Shown here: positions 62,328 through 64,000 of the stretch, in pieces
How the letters are laid out: every line of letters begins with the position of its first letter
Numbering within the stretch: the stretch's first letter is position 1
Assembly (NCBI GenBank): GCA_023144005.1
Contig: JAGLGN010000006.1
Span: 80,799 to 144,798 of the forward strand
Origin: a bacterium
Lineage (GTDB): Bacteria; AUK180
Reading direction: 5' to 3'
Length of the DNA: 64,000 bases
Program-made: the position numbers and the translations under genes
The notes under the pieces: generated by a model
The model's input: the letters and a program-made list of their open reading frames with translations, nothing else
Told to the model about the DNA's origin: nothing
Database searches by the model: none

Positions 62328-63098
62328 CTACGGTTGAAATATTGGATCTGGAAGTACTATGGGGTTCGCAAATAATGCATGACATTGACAAACTCCCGCC
62401 AACGGACAGTCGCAAATATATGGAACCTTCTGCAATAATATCCCACGATAAAATGTTTCATTGTTTACTTCCTGCAGGTTAAATAAAACGTAAAAAATCG
62501 GATCGTTAAAAAAGACATCTGGGTTACCTTCCACTTGCAGCATGCAGGATCTTTCGCCATAAAGACTCTGTAACCAGGCATATCCTGTTATCTCGGTTAC
62601 TTCCTCAAAATAATCAACATTAATCAATACTTCCGGGCAACCATTTTTCAAAATAAAAAGAGTGGCCTCCAAGGACAAAACTGCGGATTTTTTGTGAGCA
62701 TCTAAAAGCCATTTTTTTGTAAAGGGTAAAATATCCTTTTCTATCTTTTGAATTGCAGGGATATTTTTTCCAGCGGCAACTAATCTGATAACAACTTCAA
62801 GTTTTGATATCAGTGCATTTTTAACATTGGGATTATTCAATGTCAACCGGTCTTCCATAAGTGATGAGTAAACAAGCTTGAGTAAATAATCTTTTTCCAT
62901 ATTAAACATTCTCGGATTTACGGTCGTGTAGTTGTTGATCAATGCTTCGTATTTATAATTAGAAGAAGATACTTCTCCACTTACGACCTTGGTCACATAA
63001 TCGGTTCCGGGGCTCATTACATTTTCAGTAATTTTATCTGAGCATCCCACAAAAAGCACAAGACTGACGATAACAAACATTAGAAAAATTCTTCTCAT
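62328..63098 (-). CDS. Hypothetical lipoprotein with a helical (FIMAH-like) segment and Cys-rich C-terminus
   Basis: AAGGAGG SD before ATG 63098; MRRIFLMFVIVSLVLFVGC lipobox; KNALISKLE.....AAGK...AIQKI; tail CDCPLAGVCQCH. Confidence 0.7.
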   Translation of the reverse strand: MRRIFLMFVIVSLVLFVGCSDKITENVMSPGTDYVTKVVSGEVSSSNYKYEALINNYTTVNPRMFNMEKDYLLKLVYSSLMEDRLTLNNPNVKNALISKLEVVIRLVAAGKNIPAIQKIEKDILPFTKKWLLDAHKKSAVLSLEATLFILKNGCPEVLINVDYFEEVTEITGYAWLQSLYGERSCMLQVEGNPDVFFNDPIFYVLFNLQEVNNETFYRGILLQKVPYICDCPLAGVCQCHALFANPIVLPDPIFQP

Positions 63099-63162
63099 TT
63101 CTTCCTCCTTTGAAATTTTAACCGATATTTTTCGGAACACAGCAGCACCATGCTCACACACG

Positions 63163-63191
63163 ACTATACAATTTATATTTTTTAAAGTCAA
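63163..63191 (-). promoter_or_regulatory. sigma70 promoter for the lipoprotein pair
   Basis: TTGACT-17 nt-TATAGT on the minus strand. Confidence 0.6.
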
Positions 63192-63355
63192 GGTGAAATC
63201 GTGAGGGGAAACATGAGAACAATTTCCCATAGCCAGTATGAGAGTCAAAATGCAATAATTAACACTCAAAACAAATATAGAGTCAGAATATTTCGTTAAC
63301 AATTCCGCAAGAATGACTACATATGGTGTTATGGAATTTTAAGAATGTGGTTGCT

Positions 63356-64000
63356 CTAGAACAGAGAATCCGAAGTGGATGGAAGTGTCAAGCCGAGATA
63401 TTCGACTGCGGAACGGGAGACAACACGGCCGCGGGATGTTCTTTTCAGAAATCCGATCTGTATCAGATAGGGTTCATAGACATCTTCAAGCGTCTCGCGC
63501 GCTTCAGAAAGTGCGATGGCAAGAGTATCGATCCCTACCGGCCCGCCATCATATTTTTCGATGATGAACCTCAAAATTCTCTTGTCAATATCATCCAACC
63601 CCATCGCGTCTATCTTCAGCTTCTCGAGGGCATAATGCGTTATCTCTTTACCTATACTGCCGTCGCCTTTTACCTGAGCGTAATCGCGGACACGTTTTAA
63701 GAGCCGGATGGCGATCCTCGGCGTACCTCTGGACCTGCGGGAGATCTCAAGAGCAGAAGGCTTGTCTATACCTATCCCAAGGACATCAGCATCACGCATG
63801 GTGATCAAGGCAAGATCCTCCGGGCCGTAAAAATCCAATCTGTTGATTATACCGAAACGGTCACGAAGCGGGCCTGTGAGCATTCCCGCTCTTGTGGTCG
63901 CTCCGATCAATGTGAAATGAGGCACATCCAGCCGCAGAGTTTTGGCGGACGGCCCCTGTCCGATGATGATGTCAAGGGCATAATCCTCCATCGCGGGATA
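63356..64000 (-). CDS. ruvB: Holliday junction branch migration helicase RuvB (5'-partial)
   Basis: [66 protein letters not shown]...RT.RGR. Confidence 0.97.
   Translation of the reverse strand, partial: YPAMEDYALDIIIGQGPSAKTLRLDVPHFTLIGATTRAGMLTGPLRDRFGIINRLDFYGPEDLALITMRDADVLGIGIDKPSALEISRRSRGTPRIAIRLLKRVRDYAQVKGDGSIGKEITHYALEKLKIDAMGLDDIDKRILRFIIEKYDGGPVGIDTLAIALSEARETLEDVYEPYLIQIGFLKRTSRGRVVSRSAVEYLGLTLPSTSDSLF

Noticed and set aside
63099-63302. N-terminal extension of the 324-aa ORF
   Set aside because: The promoter and AAGGAGG SD lie inside it, and the lipoprotein signal begins at ATG 63098.
60309-63355. Integron cassette array explaining the AT-rich lipoprotein genes
   Set aside because: No attC-like RYYYAAC..GTTRRRY palindrome between the genes, no integrase, and the pair has its own promoter.

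Overview
A gene-dense window from a diderm (lpxC-bearing) bacterium with genes mostly on the minus strand. Rubrerythrin and thiH suggest an anaerobe; the lineage cannot be assigned from the sequence alone. Left end (1-13.9 kb), an accessory surface/competition block: a 2879-aa secreted protein (four lamin-tail-like domains, a two-HKD phospholipase-D/nuclease module, a TolB-like propeller, a ZU5-like domain and a T9SS-like C-terminal tail), then an AT-rich signal-peptide RHS protein with a C-terminal alpha/beta-hydrolase toxin. The gene directly after the toxin is missing from the ORF track and encodes an ankyrin-repeat lipoprotein, the candidate immunity protein. Middle, mostly housekeeping: perR-like/rubrerythrin/small wHTH; dnaN-dciA-gyrB-gyrA-TPR-mutS2-tex-NCS2 permease (no dnaA or recF); lpxC; mreBC(D); PPIase-tyrS-glnA; pilB-aspS-phoH-7TM-HD-ybeY-amidohydrolase-glycosyltransferases; OGG1, asparaginase, adenosine-specific kinase, DUF58/BatA; thiSGHE. 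Right end: a LEA-2 lipoprotein, an AT-rich two-lipoprotein islet and partial ruvB. The large intergenic gaps hold dispersed structured repeats: a ~400-bp element twice, a ~210-bp element twice in inverted orientation, REP-like palindromes and 7-8-mer tandem repeats. Other signals: a thiS leader with only fragments of the TPP riboswitch, quinolone-resistance-type residues in both gyrase subunits, several apparently leaderless genes, and a sigma54+IHF-like promoter at lpxC. No rRNA, tRNA, CRISPR array or transposase gene was seen. All protein calls come from motif recognition by eye, not database searches.
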